The notes under the pieces are model-generated. The model saw only the letters and a program-made list of their open reading frames with translations. It made no database searches and had not been told where the DNA came from. DNA of 64,000 bases. Source: Lingula anatina (Eukaryota; Animalia; Brachiopoda). Below, piece after piece: positions 12,639-25,044 of the stretch. How positions within the stretch are numbered: the first letter of the stretch is position 1; each line of letters opens with the position of its first letter. Both the position numbers and the translations under genes were made by a program. The stretch covers positions 496,001 through 560,000 of the forward strand of contig CM120647.1 of NCBI GenBank assembly GCA_051362555.1, given 5' to 3'.

Positions 12639-15600
12639 GACATCAACCTTCCTGTCTGCCAAGTTGGCGTCAGTAGACCCCCACTTTCTGAAAATTTTCT
12701 AAGACACTAATCTTCCTGTCAGCCAAGTTGGCATCTGTGGACCCCAAGTTTCTGAAGAATTTCTGCTGTGAGGACCCTGTCTCTAGAGTAAAGAGAAGAG
12801 GAAGGCAGGAGTGAGGTGTATTGTTGTTTATACAAGCCTTCCTACCTCCTCTGATGAATAATAAAAGTCTTACTTAAAGGCTATTTATTCACATCTCCCT
12901 ATCAGCCATATTGATTCAAGTTAATAAAATATAATCACACTATAAATAGTTCCACCAAGTTATAATGAAGTTCTCATTAAGTGAAGTTTTTGCTAATAAT
13001 ATACTTGAGTTGCGTCATTCTCAAATGAGGAAAAGAGTTTTTGAGGGTCACTAAAACATGCCTAGATGAACCCCTACCATAGTTGAGGACATTTCATATG
13101 AGAAGGAGAGTTATTTAAAATATTTGAAATCTTTTGCATGTTTGAGTAGATGGCACATTATTGTCAACACAATGGTAGTGGAAGAATGATGTAATGCAGA
13201 CCTGCCTGGCATTGTTGATATACAAGACAAACCTTGTTTAGGCAGAGAGCAGTATTATGTGTGAACTAGTCTATGCCACATCTATGCCATAGTCACCGGG
13301 TTTATAATATAAATTTTATGGCATAGATGAGAGCGGTATTTCTTTTTATTTACTTACATATTAAAAGAAAAAATGTTTTTACATCCCTGGGGAATCATAA
13401 TATCAACTAGTCATCAACTAGTCAGCTGTATAAAGCAGTAATGGATTTTTTACCTATTCACTTTAACCAGATGTGTTGTTATGACATTGATCTAGTCAAC
13501 AGTGGCAGGTGCATGTGGTAACTTCTACAGCATTTTTTTTTTTTTTCTTTTCTTTTTTTTTTTTTTTTCACTTGTAACTTTTTAGGTCTTAAATGCATAC
13601 ATTGTGTCTAAAAAGTCTGATTTCTTGAAATATTTGAGCAGTGAGCATGAAGTAAGTCCCTCTGGTTGATAGACTGGGCATCAGTTGACTTTACAATATT
13701 TATACACAGATATACATATTTATACATAGATGGTGACTTGTCTGTTTATCCACTGCCAAAGCAGTTTGTTTAACTGAGACACTTGTGAGCTTATGCATAG
13801 TATTTAAATTGATTTTTTATTTTATATATTAAGTAAATTTTCCTTTTCTTAGATAATATTATCAACTTAAAACTAAATCCATCTAGAAGTTTATATAGCA
13901 GGGAGAAGGCCAATAGTTAAAAATCTCTTCCATTGTTTTTGTGCCAAACTTGCCTGTCTCTTTATTAAATGTCTCTTCAATATATTTATTAGAAGTTTGT
14001 CCCATATCTTTATTTACATCTCTTTGTTAATTCTTATTCATTGGGATTGTTGGTCAACATTCACATACGTATTCTGTAGACTATTCCCAATAAGTGTTTA
14101 CAATTTTATGATAGATATTACTATGTTCTTTCTCCTTAGTTCACAGGTTTCATTCATCAGTATTCATTCATTCTGTTCTTTTATATTTTTATACAACCAG
14201 TAAAGAGTGGTTTAACTTCATTTTATGTTGTTTGTGTCGCAGTGAAACTGTCACCTTCTGTATAATATTTTACAGCCATGATTGATTTTAAAATGTCACA
14301 TCATCAGTGAATGTTACAAATGATATGGGTGTGTAACAACTTAGCTCCCCCATTTATTTTGTGAAGTTTCACTCGATTCTATTTATTGTGATATTCCACT
14401 TAGATGGCTTTGGAAAAACCGCCATTGCTCTAGTGATTGGTTTCCATTCCTCCATTCACTGTGGGAATGCAGTACGATTTTCAATACCCTTTGTTTTTGG
14501 TATCTCAGTGAAATTTTATTTACAGAAAAATAAAGGTTTTTAAAACTATTTTATCAGATGTCACAATGGAGTTCTCTTTTCCAACATCAAAGTTGGTTTA
14601 TATAAAACTTAAAGTGAACCGAAATTTAGTACAAGCAAGTTTTGAAAGATTTAAGAAATGAATTTTGACTGCAAACATCTGCTGAAAGGTATTTCAATAT
14701 ACAAGAACTGGACTTTTTTCAAATAACTGATTCTATGACAGAAATAAGACATACTGCAGGTTTTTTTAACATAATAACTTTCTTTTATTTTACATATATT
14801 TTATTTGATAAACATATACCTCTTAATAAGAGCAAATCACCTCATTTGAAGATGTTATATGTGGATCAACATAGCCAGAGGATTACCAAGCAACTTCTAA
14901 TATTTCAAATCACCAGAGATCAATGTAGTGTATTAACAATAAGACCTCTATCATCTCATCCATCTTTGAAAAATACTGATCTTCTAGTGAGAGTTGAACT
15001 CATTTGAAAATAAACATCATCAACAGGTTGCCCTGGAACATTGAGTGCAATCTTGACAATTTTACAGATTTATTTTAAATTATTTTACTTTTTACACATT
15101 TAAATGTGGCATTTGGGTTGTTTATTATTTTGATAGTTTTTGAATGACTTGATTACAACATTGGTAGCAGACCCTAAATTAAATTATAGCAGAAACATCA
15201 CTTTGTCTGCCTTCTTTACATACTGCACAACCCACAATCCAAACAACGTTATGATCAGTGTTTGACAAACAAAGAGGGGTTGGTTTTACAAATATTCTTC
15301 AAAAACAACTACTGCCACTGGTTGGACATGCCCAAATTTGTTTCCGTGTGATAAATGCCCAAATTTGTTTCCAAACTTTTGAGGAAATAAAAGAAATTGT
15401 TACATTGTTCAAGATGCACCTCACTTCAAGTAACAACTTTTAATGTAAAACACTGAGAATGACACCTAATGGCAAGAAAGTCCCCCCATGATGGTCCCTA
15501 TAGTACTCTGTGTTCCCTAGTATTGTTGATTATACAGCAAAATACAAAGATGTTAACTTAACAATTGTTATATTAAGTCTGACTCTCATAGATGAACCCA

Positions 15601-16162
15601 AGTAGTGCATGAATGACTTCAGAAGCTGAGGAGATAACATATTAATCCTGGATTCCAGAGCAACTGACACTCAAATGTACACATTATGACAACAAAGCCA
15701 CACAATGTTTCATGTTCTAACAGCCACTGTTCCCCCTAAGCAGCCTGGGACTCACTGGCTTGTCTTAAATAAATGCTTCTTTTTGCACCTTCCTGCATAA
15801 AGCACCCTGACATTTTACAGAAATACTGTGATGATATTAAAACAATTAACAGGGTTTATGTTGCTAGGTTAAAAACACCAAGGAAACTTTTCTTCAAAGT
15901 AAACGAAAACATGCTTAAAACCTGGTTTTTAAAGCAAGCAGTACATGACTCTGTTAACAAAAAAGTTGTTTACTACTCATGGCACATGAGAGCTGTGCCA
16001 AATAAAGTGACATGGTCACTCGCTGAAAGCTGTTACATATATATATATATATATATATTATTTCAAACTAACAAAAACATTAAACAAATGTTTCAATGTA
16101 TCAACTTAAAATAGTAACTGAAAATTCCAAAAGATGGCAGCAGCAGCAGTTGTTTCTGCGTG

Positions 16163-19100
16163 TCATATCCTTTTCTGTTGCCGTGACGATCCCTCTTCTT
16201 CCTTACGCCCCAGTTCTTTGGATCGTTCAGTTGCTGCTTCCACAGCAGCAATGAGAGAGGCGCGGAATCCCGACTTCTCGAGCGAGTGGACTGCTGCTAT
16301 CGTGGTGCCCCCTGGTGAGCAGACTTCATCCTTCAGTTGACCTGGATGTTTGCCTGTATCCAGGACCATCTTAGCAGCACCCTGCACAGACATGAAATAT
16401 CTGGTTATTCTGTTGTCTCTATCATGTCCTCTCATACTTTATCTGCTTTATACCATTAATATGTACTTTGTACTTCAATAATAAATAAATCAAAACAAAA
16501 AACTTGATGTTACAACAATCAATAGAAATTACAATCATAAAGAAGAAGAATAAAATGATAACATTTAACAATCCTCTCCCCCCCCCCCCCCACCAAAAAA
16601 ATAATAAATAACAATAATGATAATAATAATAATGTTAAAAATATATGAAAAAAAAATTAAATTCTCACCATAAGTGTCTGAGCGGCAAGTTTTACAGCCA
16701 GGTCTCTGGGCAGGCCCATCTTGACCCCTCCATCGGCCATTGATTCTATTGCCATGTACCCCTGGTGGTAAAAATAGGAACTAATCATTCCACTGTTTAA
16801 TATATAATAGACTGCATAAATGTTCTCTCTATGAAAAAAAGTTTAGAGACAACTCTATTTAATTTTCAGACAAGTAGGCGGATGATTTATTTGTTTTGGA
16901 AAAGGAAGTTACCAAGCAGAGTCAGTCCATGAGTTCATAAGTCAAAATGTTAAGATACAGTTAAAAAAGTTCAGCAAAAAAAAATAAAATAAAAATAAAA
17001 ATATTTTTAAAAAATGATAAACAAAAATAAAACATTCTGGAGTTTTAGAACATCACTATAACTATTTGAAGAAAGAATCATTGAAACCAATAGCTTCAAA
17101 CTTACATATGCAGGTCCACTGCCGCTCAAACCAGTCACTGCGTCCATCATTTGTTCGGACGTCTCGGCACAAATGCCTATACTGGACAGTAGAGTGGCCA
17201 CGACATCACTGTCGTTGTCCAGCGCATGTTTACCTGGTGCAAACACGGAGGCACCTGTCTGGATCAGCGCTGGCGTGTTCGGCATCACGCGAATCACGCG
17301 CGTCTTGGGCGGCAAGTACTGAAAGTTATCAAAAATTTAAATACTTGAAAAACCAAACTATTTACATCAAACAAAATTACAAATAGAAATATGCATATAC
17401 ACAAATCAAAACACATTTTAACCAGTCACTGCAAATAAACTGTCCTCTGCAGCCGTGACTCACCTTCTGCCTGGCCCAGCCGGTCATCTTGGAGGCCAAT
17501 GGCACCCTCATGACAGCAGAAACGAGAACACTTTAGGGAACTGGTGGGATTCATGGTTGGGGGGTGGGTGGACTGGTGGGGTAGGGGGGGTGGGGGGTTA
17601 ACACTCCATGGCTGACTTTACAGCAATACAAATATACAGGTAGAAAATGAACACTGGGGGCAATTACATGCCCTGGAGACTCCAAACACTATGCTGAAGT
17701 TAGCGTAGACTAGTGTACAGTTGGCCTGCTGACGCTACACTATGCAGTGGGAGGAAATGCATTGCTTTATATACCTGGAGGGTCCTTGCTGGTACTGGGG
17801 AGAGGCCGAGGGAATACACAAATCTAGCAATCTAAATACACTTCACCTTATAAATCATTCAACAATCAGACAGATGCCACATTTTTATTGAAGTGCAGCT
17901 AAATTGGATAATTTAAGTTAAAGTAACCTCTCAATAATTTAATTTTTACAAACCAACTTTCTCTAATCCACTACCTCCCTGATAAAACTCAGCGCCTGCC
18001 ACCAGGAGGCAGCTGCAGTACAAATACCAATTGTACTATGAAAATGGATATTGCATCAGCCACGGCAGCTGCTACTTAAACCAGGGCTTAACTGCGACCC
18101 AGCACGGAAAAAGGGGGGGCATTAAGGTCATTAAGGGGAAGTTGCTATCTTAAATGAGTTCAACTCTATGGTAATGAGAGACAGAGACATCAAAACAAGC
18201 TCCTAGCTGCAGGCAGAGCAAACTATTGGATTTACAGCTATCACACACAATTCTGATTAGCATTTTCTTTTTCCAAATATTTTGATTTCTGCTTTCCATT
18301 GTAAAGCGGGGTGACTTTACCTTTAACATTTCACAGTTTTCCCAAAAATTCAGAGTCTACCAAGTTTATCTGATTATTTTTTTCCTCAAAAGCAACTTGA
18401 TTTGTTTTTAACTTCTTACAGCTGAATTTAGATGAAATGCAGAAAAAGTCAAGCATCCTAAGACGCAGACTATTATTCTATAATGGCAAGAAAGAAGGTG
18501 TGGCTTTGGTGTCAAGAATGCCCTAAGCTACCTTCTTATTCAATGACTAAACAGCTACATAATTAATTCCACTAAGACACCTCTATAATCCAGGACCTGC
18601 CACTGATAACATAAATATTTTCCCTGTAGTTTTATCACAGTTTCATGTCCCCTTGACTACAGACAGGGGAACTGTAGAGAGACAACATTTAACACCATAC
18701 TAAAAACATTTTATTTTTCACTGTCTTTAAGATCCATTCTCTTTTTGAAAGCAGCCAGTATTTTCACCCCAGTTTTATGTCACTTCCCTCTGAAGTAATG
18801 ATGTCAAAAACACCTAGGGTCTGCAGCTAATAATAATAATACACAGGATTGTACATCTCTTTCATTCCAGTAAACAGCAAATTAAGTTTCATGAACAGCT
18901 GAAGACTTGGGTTCACCTTAGGCCAACTATAACAAGTGATCCAAGCTATAATAAATGACCATCAAGCATACTGCAAACCAAAACAGCATTACAGTGTGGG
19001 ACATTAAAGAAGTATATTTCTTCAACACTTAACTGCATCTGGTTGGCCTTAATAATCCACGAAAACAAGGACTGTTTTAACTAAATTGAAACAGAGCCTA

Positions 19101-20483
19101 TCAAATAAAAGACTTACTGTCAAAACAAGTTTGCTGCTTTGAAATGTGTCTGTGCATGAAAAAGGGAGGATACGTGGGTCAACAAGGTCTAAAATGGACC
19201 CCGAATCATAAACTGTCACACAATCTAGGATGATAACAAGATATCCACTACATAAAATACAAAAATAATACAGTAACTTTGTTGTAACTAATAGCTAGGG
19301 AACTAACAAACTAATGTCTGTCAAAATATGGTCACCATGTCAACCTCTGATAACAAATCACTATTCATAATTGAGTTTTTGGGTACTGAGACAGATTTGA
19401 TCAAACCTGTGTGCATACATCTCAGGCTCAGTCCACATCACCCCCTCCCTCCACCCCCTCTATCCCCCCCCCCCCCCCCCCCCCAACAACCCATTCCCAG
19501 CCATGCAGGACAGGGCTTATGTTATTTCTATGACCACTGTCATTTGGACATTTGGGAAAATAAGGTTCACTACTCCCACATGCTAATGCAGCATCCATGG
19601 CAGACAGACCCCTGAACAAGTTCATCTGCCAAATTTATGCAGTTCACCTGACTTAAGTATGATATGCAGTAAATAAGTCAAGCACCAAATGGCTGATATA
19701 TTTGATTTTAATTATGTGCATATCATATAGGTCTCATTCACAAGTTCATCTCCCAAATGAGAACAATTCAACAAAAGTATGATATAACCAAGTCCAACAT
19801 GAAACACCTAACTGATTTGATATAAATTGTGTATATATCACATCCTCAGTCCATGTCACCCCACCCCTTCCCCATAATGCACAAAATACTGTTGGAAATA
19901 CCTGCTGAGCTGCTGTTGTCACCTGATCTCTCTCTCTCTCTCTCTTTCTCTCTCCTGGCCTCATTACAAACGCATATGATATTTACTTTCCTGTTTTAAA
20001 TTTTGTAATCAATAACAATAGGGCTGTATTTAGAACAGCAGACTCACCAGTCCGAGGGCCAAATATGGCAACCGACTGAAAAGCTTCCCATCTAATCCAG
20101 TAATAGACACTAAATAGATATCCCTTGGGGAAGTATTCAAGTGGGTTGGCCATATTTGACCCTTGGACTAATTCGTCCACTGTTCTTAAAACAGTTTAAA
20201 AACTTGAAAGCTGGCAAGATTTTAGAAGTAAAGAAAAGACTTACATTTTCAATGGTGTCCAGTGTCACCCCTGCTGCTATGGAAACAAACAAGTTCCTGC
20301 GTGAGACGAGATGGGAGACTTCCTTCAGTATTGGGGTTACGATGTGGGGCTTGACGGCAATGACAATGAGATCACAGTTCTGGACCACTTCCTTGTTGTT
20401 CTTGGTTGTCTTCACACCCAGCTCCTAGCAACAATGAGGATATATATAAATACACAGACAGACAGACAGACAGACAGAGAGAC

Positions 20484-20554
<71 letters not shown>

Positions 20555-22991
20555 ATTCCCAGACCCTATCATACTAACTGTGGATTGACCTACCTCCGAG
20601 GGAATTGTCTCTAAATTGCAATCAACTTTTTGTGGCTTAGATGTCTGTCATGCCTGCTAGGGGCTAATTAAGTACTGTTCAGCAACTATTAAAAGTTACT
20701 GATTGGTAAATAAGAACCAATCTCTCTCCCTCTCTCTCTCTCTCTGGGTTCCCATACCTAGATCGATCTAACGGGATTGATCCATCTCTGAAACTCTGAG
20801 CAGTTTCTCACTTTTAACTCAAGTGTCTTTGATTTTTGGCACACCTACTGAACATTTGTAGTTTAACAGATTTTCATATTTTCTTAATTCAACCATCACA
20901 CTGCTTACCCCAATATAGTTTAACATGTTGGAATCTAAGTCACTGGCAATGACACTACTGGACTTGATCAAACCTGAAAGTTAAAATAAAGAAAATATTT
21001 CCAGTTGTAATATATATATATATATAAATATATAAACAACAGCAGGATACAAGAACAGCAGAGAAATTAGTAAAATCAGAGTGTATGGTGCCTTGTGACA
21101 TTTTTTTCCCCCAAAAAAATTTCATTTGCTGCATTTTTGTGGAAAAATGAATATATACATGGTAGACACTGAACAAATACAGACTTATCATAATATAACA
21201 TATGGCATAAATAGTAAACTGTTAACAACACACAGTTCAACCTCTGAACAAATAAACAGACAAACTAAACACGAGGCAGTAATGTCTCCTTTGATGATAA
21301 CAGGTACCATAATGAGGGGGACAGGTGTAATCTCAGGTAAACTGGGGCCGTAGTGGTGCCTGGAGTGTAAAGTCCAAACTGTCTATAAACACTGTCAACA
21401 CTGATAGTACTGATCAATACAGGTGAGGAAAGTGACATGTCCCCTGTTCAGGTGTGAAAATTACCTTTATGTCTTTAACTGAGGGGTAGGGGTGTCTGTA
21501 ATACAGGTAGAATAGTGGGAGAATACATGTGCATCATGTGTAGTTTAGATTATTCTCATGCACAGTTTTTAGTATTTTATTTACATCCTCTGCAAAGTTT
21601 TAGCAAACGTATATTATAAAAGCACTAAGGAAACTTGTAATTTTATCCACCTGACTGCCATGTCAATTTTATTTGAGGAGATATGTGTATACATTTAAAG
21701 ATCTACTTTAGATTGATCTCATTCTTTAGAAAAATACGCAGTTTTTAGTATTTTATTTAAATCCTCTGCAAACTTTTAGCATACGTACTATAAAAGCACT
21801 AAGGAAACTTGTAATTTTACCCACCTGACTGCCATGTCCATTTTATTTGGGAAAATATATGTGTATACATTTAAGCATTTACACATATTAATCTACACTC
21901 TACCAGGGTGAGTGATAGATTTTTTACAGATATTCACAGATATGTCTCTAGCTTTCATTTTCAGCTAAACCCACCCTGTTGAGGAATCCCATGTGGGAGC
22001 AATTATCTCTGCCCCCGCGACAAAGGTTTTGTACTTGCTCTGCATGAGCTTCGCTTCACAACCATGTGATAACTGCTCGTTACGCAACCAGTCTAAGGCT
22101 TTTTTATCTGTCATAGAAGAGCAAGTGATTGAAGTCAGAGTAATTAACTGTCTTGATTGCTGTCAAGCAGACTTAGACTGGACCTGCTAAGTGGCAGTGC
22201 CTTGCAAACGATTATCAGCCATGTAATCAGCCTTAAGATTCCTCAACAGGGTGAGTTCAGCTGTAAATGGCTATCTATCTAGCTAGAGACATATCTGTGA
22301 ATATCTGTAAAAAAATCTATCACGCGCCCTGGTAGAGGGTAATATTAATCATGGAGAACCAGCTGCAGTTTAATGACATTACCAAGTTTATTTTACGGCA
22401 GAGAGCTATAGACTGCATTCCCACATATTTAGATCGTTCCATCTGGATCGACCTAACTCCCTGGGGGTTCAAGCAAAATTGCTGTCGGTCGAGTGCCCAT
22501 GGCAGTTAATTACCCCCTTACAGCATTCAGTAGGCAGCACAGCCTTTTAAGCCGGCTAAGCTGACAGTCATCTAGTGAGACTCCCCACGGGTATAGATCG
22601 ATCTAATGCAGTCATAGACTGGTATACTGGATACATTAGTGTACTTTTACTAGTACATTTTATTTAGAAAATCGCAATTCTAAAAAAACCTACCCGACTT
22701 AAAATACGGTGATGATAAAAAAATTGAAGGACAAAAATCACCAAAAGAACGGGATGTAAATAACCTTCTTATCATTTAACTTAAAACTGAACTGAACCTA
22801 TCTAAAACCACAAATAAAAACAGCTCTTTAAGCAAGCCCAGCCCAGAGGCCCAATCTCTACGGTTCACTGCTCACGTACCTGTGTTAATAAACCCCCTGC
22901 ACAGAGCTTGAGCCATCCGCCCCGCGCCTATAAACCCCACCGACATCTCCTCCAGCTTCTTAGGGACTTCCTCCCTCTCGTCTGAGGCCAT
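16163..22991 (-). CDS. PYCR1: Pyrroline-5-carboxylate reductase (PYCR1/2-like), six exons, complete
   Basis: Exons 22991-22880, 20973-20909, 20424-20245, 17318-17106, 16761-16669 and 16381-16163, all GT-AG and in frame. Motifs [53 protein letters not shown] and VCSPGGTT. Confidence 0.96.
20455..20552. repeat. (GACA)n/(GA)n microsatellite next to the PYCR exon 3 acceptor
   Basis: Direct reading of the sequence. Confidence 0.95.
21894..22341. mobile_element. MITE with long terminal inverted repeats in PYCR intron 1
   Basis: TACACTCTACCAGGGTGAGTGATAGATTTTTTACAGATATTCACAGATATGTCTCTAGCT is mirrored by AGCTAGAGACATATCTGTGAATATCTGTAAAAAAATCTATCACGCGCCCTGGTAGAGGGTA. Confidence 0.8.
22411..22613. 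mobile_element. Short MITE (same family as 55805-56022)
   Basis: GACTGCATT...AATGCAGTC termini. Shares the core GATCGACCTAACTCCC..GGGGTTCA...TTAATTACCCCCTTACAGC...TCTAGTGAGACTCCC with the copy at 55.8 kb. Confidence 0.65.
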
Positions 22992-25044
22992 CTGATAGGA
23001 ACAGGAGACGCTAACACACTTTAATGTTTGTGCTTGATGCAATCGACAACCACGTGACGTCTCATTTGGGCGAGAACTAGGTCACATATACAGATATGTG
23101 GCATGTGTGAGTTTTAGTTTTATATATGATATTTTAAATCATTTTTGTGGTAAATGTGCCTTCTATTAACTGATGTTCACTACTTTGTTTTGTTTTGATA
23201 TATTCATATCTATACTTTATGTAAATATGATATTTACGAAAGAGATTAGAGTAAATTATTTTTGGCAATCTTATTTTTAAAAAAAGCAGCATGTCCTGTA
23301 CTTTGATCATTGTACCCCAGACTGACCTGTTGACGTGATCTACATCATTTAACAGGAGGTGACAGAGAGAGAAAGAGAACGGAATGATGTGTGAGTTGAC
23401 TTAATTGCTAATAGTATATTTCTTTTCTTATTAAACTTGAACGGCTACCACGGAAATGACAAGGTGGGTGGATGTTTAAATATGAAAACGAAAGCAGATC
23501 AGTTCAGTACAGGTAGTTCACCCAAACCCAATATAGAGGTGCAAACGATGTCACAGACATGTTCCTAAAAATATGTAGTGCACAGATTACAAACTGTGTT
23601 TGATTATTTTAGGGTCCCACATAAAGAAGTTTGTATTAAAGTTTCACTTTCCTGGAACCACGAATAATAATTTAAAAAAATTCATCCCAGACAGCCTCAG
23701 TGATCTGGGCCACGTCTGGCCCAGATCTGGCAACGTCTGGCAATGTCTGGCAAAAGGTATGGCCCACGTATGGCTTGCCACATGTGGGCCAGATGTGGCA
23801 ATGTTTGGGCCAGATCTGGCCCAGACATTGCCGCATCTGGCCCAGTCTACATTTGCTCATGTGGCCAGATGTCGGCCCAGATCTGGCAATATCTGGCAAA
23901 GGTATCCCAGACAGCCTCAGTAATCTGGCCCACGTCTGGCCCAGATCTGGCAACGTCTGGCAATATCTGGGCCAGATTTTGCCAGACACTTGCCAGATCT
24001 GGGCCAAGTCTGGCAAAGTCTGGCATTTATGCCACATTTTGCCAGACACTTGCCAGATCTGGGCCAAGTCTGGCAAAGTCTGGCATTTATGCCACATTTT
24101 GCCAGATGCTGCCCAGACTTGGGCCAGATATGGTACTTTCATTTTCAATTTTTATTTTCTATTTATTTATTTTTTATTGACCAGTGAGCTGAATGCATTG
24201 AACTGACGTCATTTGATAAATTTTGATTTAATTTTTCTCAAAGTCCCCTCATAAGTGTGCTATTTGTTTAATTTGACTTGGCATTTGAATGAATTCACTG
24301 TTCTAAAACTTTTTTGAACTACTCGTTCCGCTGTTGTAAGATTCCGCTTTTTATGCTAAGCCGGTCAAGGACCCGGATGTAGCGTTTCTTAGAGTTATGG
24401 AACAGATCAGAAGTTTATTGACAATCGCCCTACATCCGGGCATGATCAAATACAAATACAAGAAGTAATCCGCAGAGTGATTACCATATACAGTTTGATA
24501 TACATTATATAATGTCTATACTAAAGCAGGGAAAGTACATGTACTACTCAATAAAGATCAATATAGGGATAATTAAAAAAAAAAAAAACTGATTCAACTA
24601 GAATAGGCTACACTAAACCTTATATTAAACTAACTATTATTTAGGGGGATATGAAAACTGCATCGTCAGTTAATCTAGGTTTTATTCAGCATGGATGCAA
24701 TTTTCATATCCCTAGCTTTAAAACAATCATAAAGAAAATTAGTTGTGCATTTTGCAATATCAAAATCATTACATTGCAGTACGGTAATAAAAAGGTCACT
24801 GATGGACTCAGGGGCTGCACTGCCCAGTATATCTTTAACCTGGTTAAGGAATATGGCTCTTAGTGGAGCATAAGAGGGCCATATCATCATAAAATGGAAC
24901 TCATCTTCAACTGACCCCATGTTGCACACCGTGCATAGCCTTTTCTCTATGGGATTCATGTGTCTCCCCTTTTCAATTGCCAAATTGTGGGCACTTATCC
25001 TGAATTTGCAAAGGAATGTAGATTTGGGTTTGTGGATTTACTGT

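Noticed and set aside
21464-21496. Candidate PYCR exon 2 (AG...GTAATT on the minus strand)
   Set aside because: Wrong phase with a stop in the required frame; 20973-20909 fits in phase, length and sequence.
23600-24206. W/Q/P-rich overlapping ORFs (also 30366-31098 and 33321-33698)
   Set aside because: Open in several frames on both strands because the TCTGGC/GCCAGA subterminal repeats lack stop codons.
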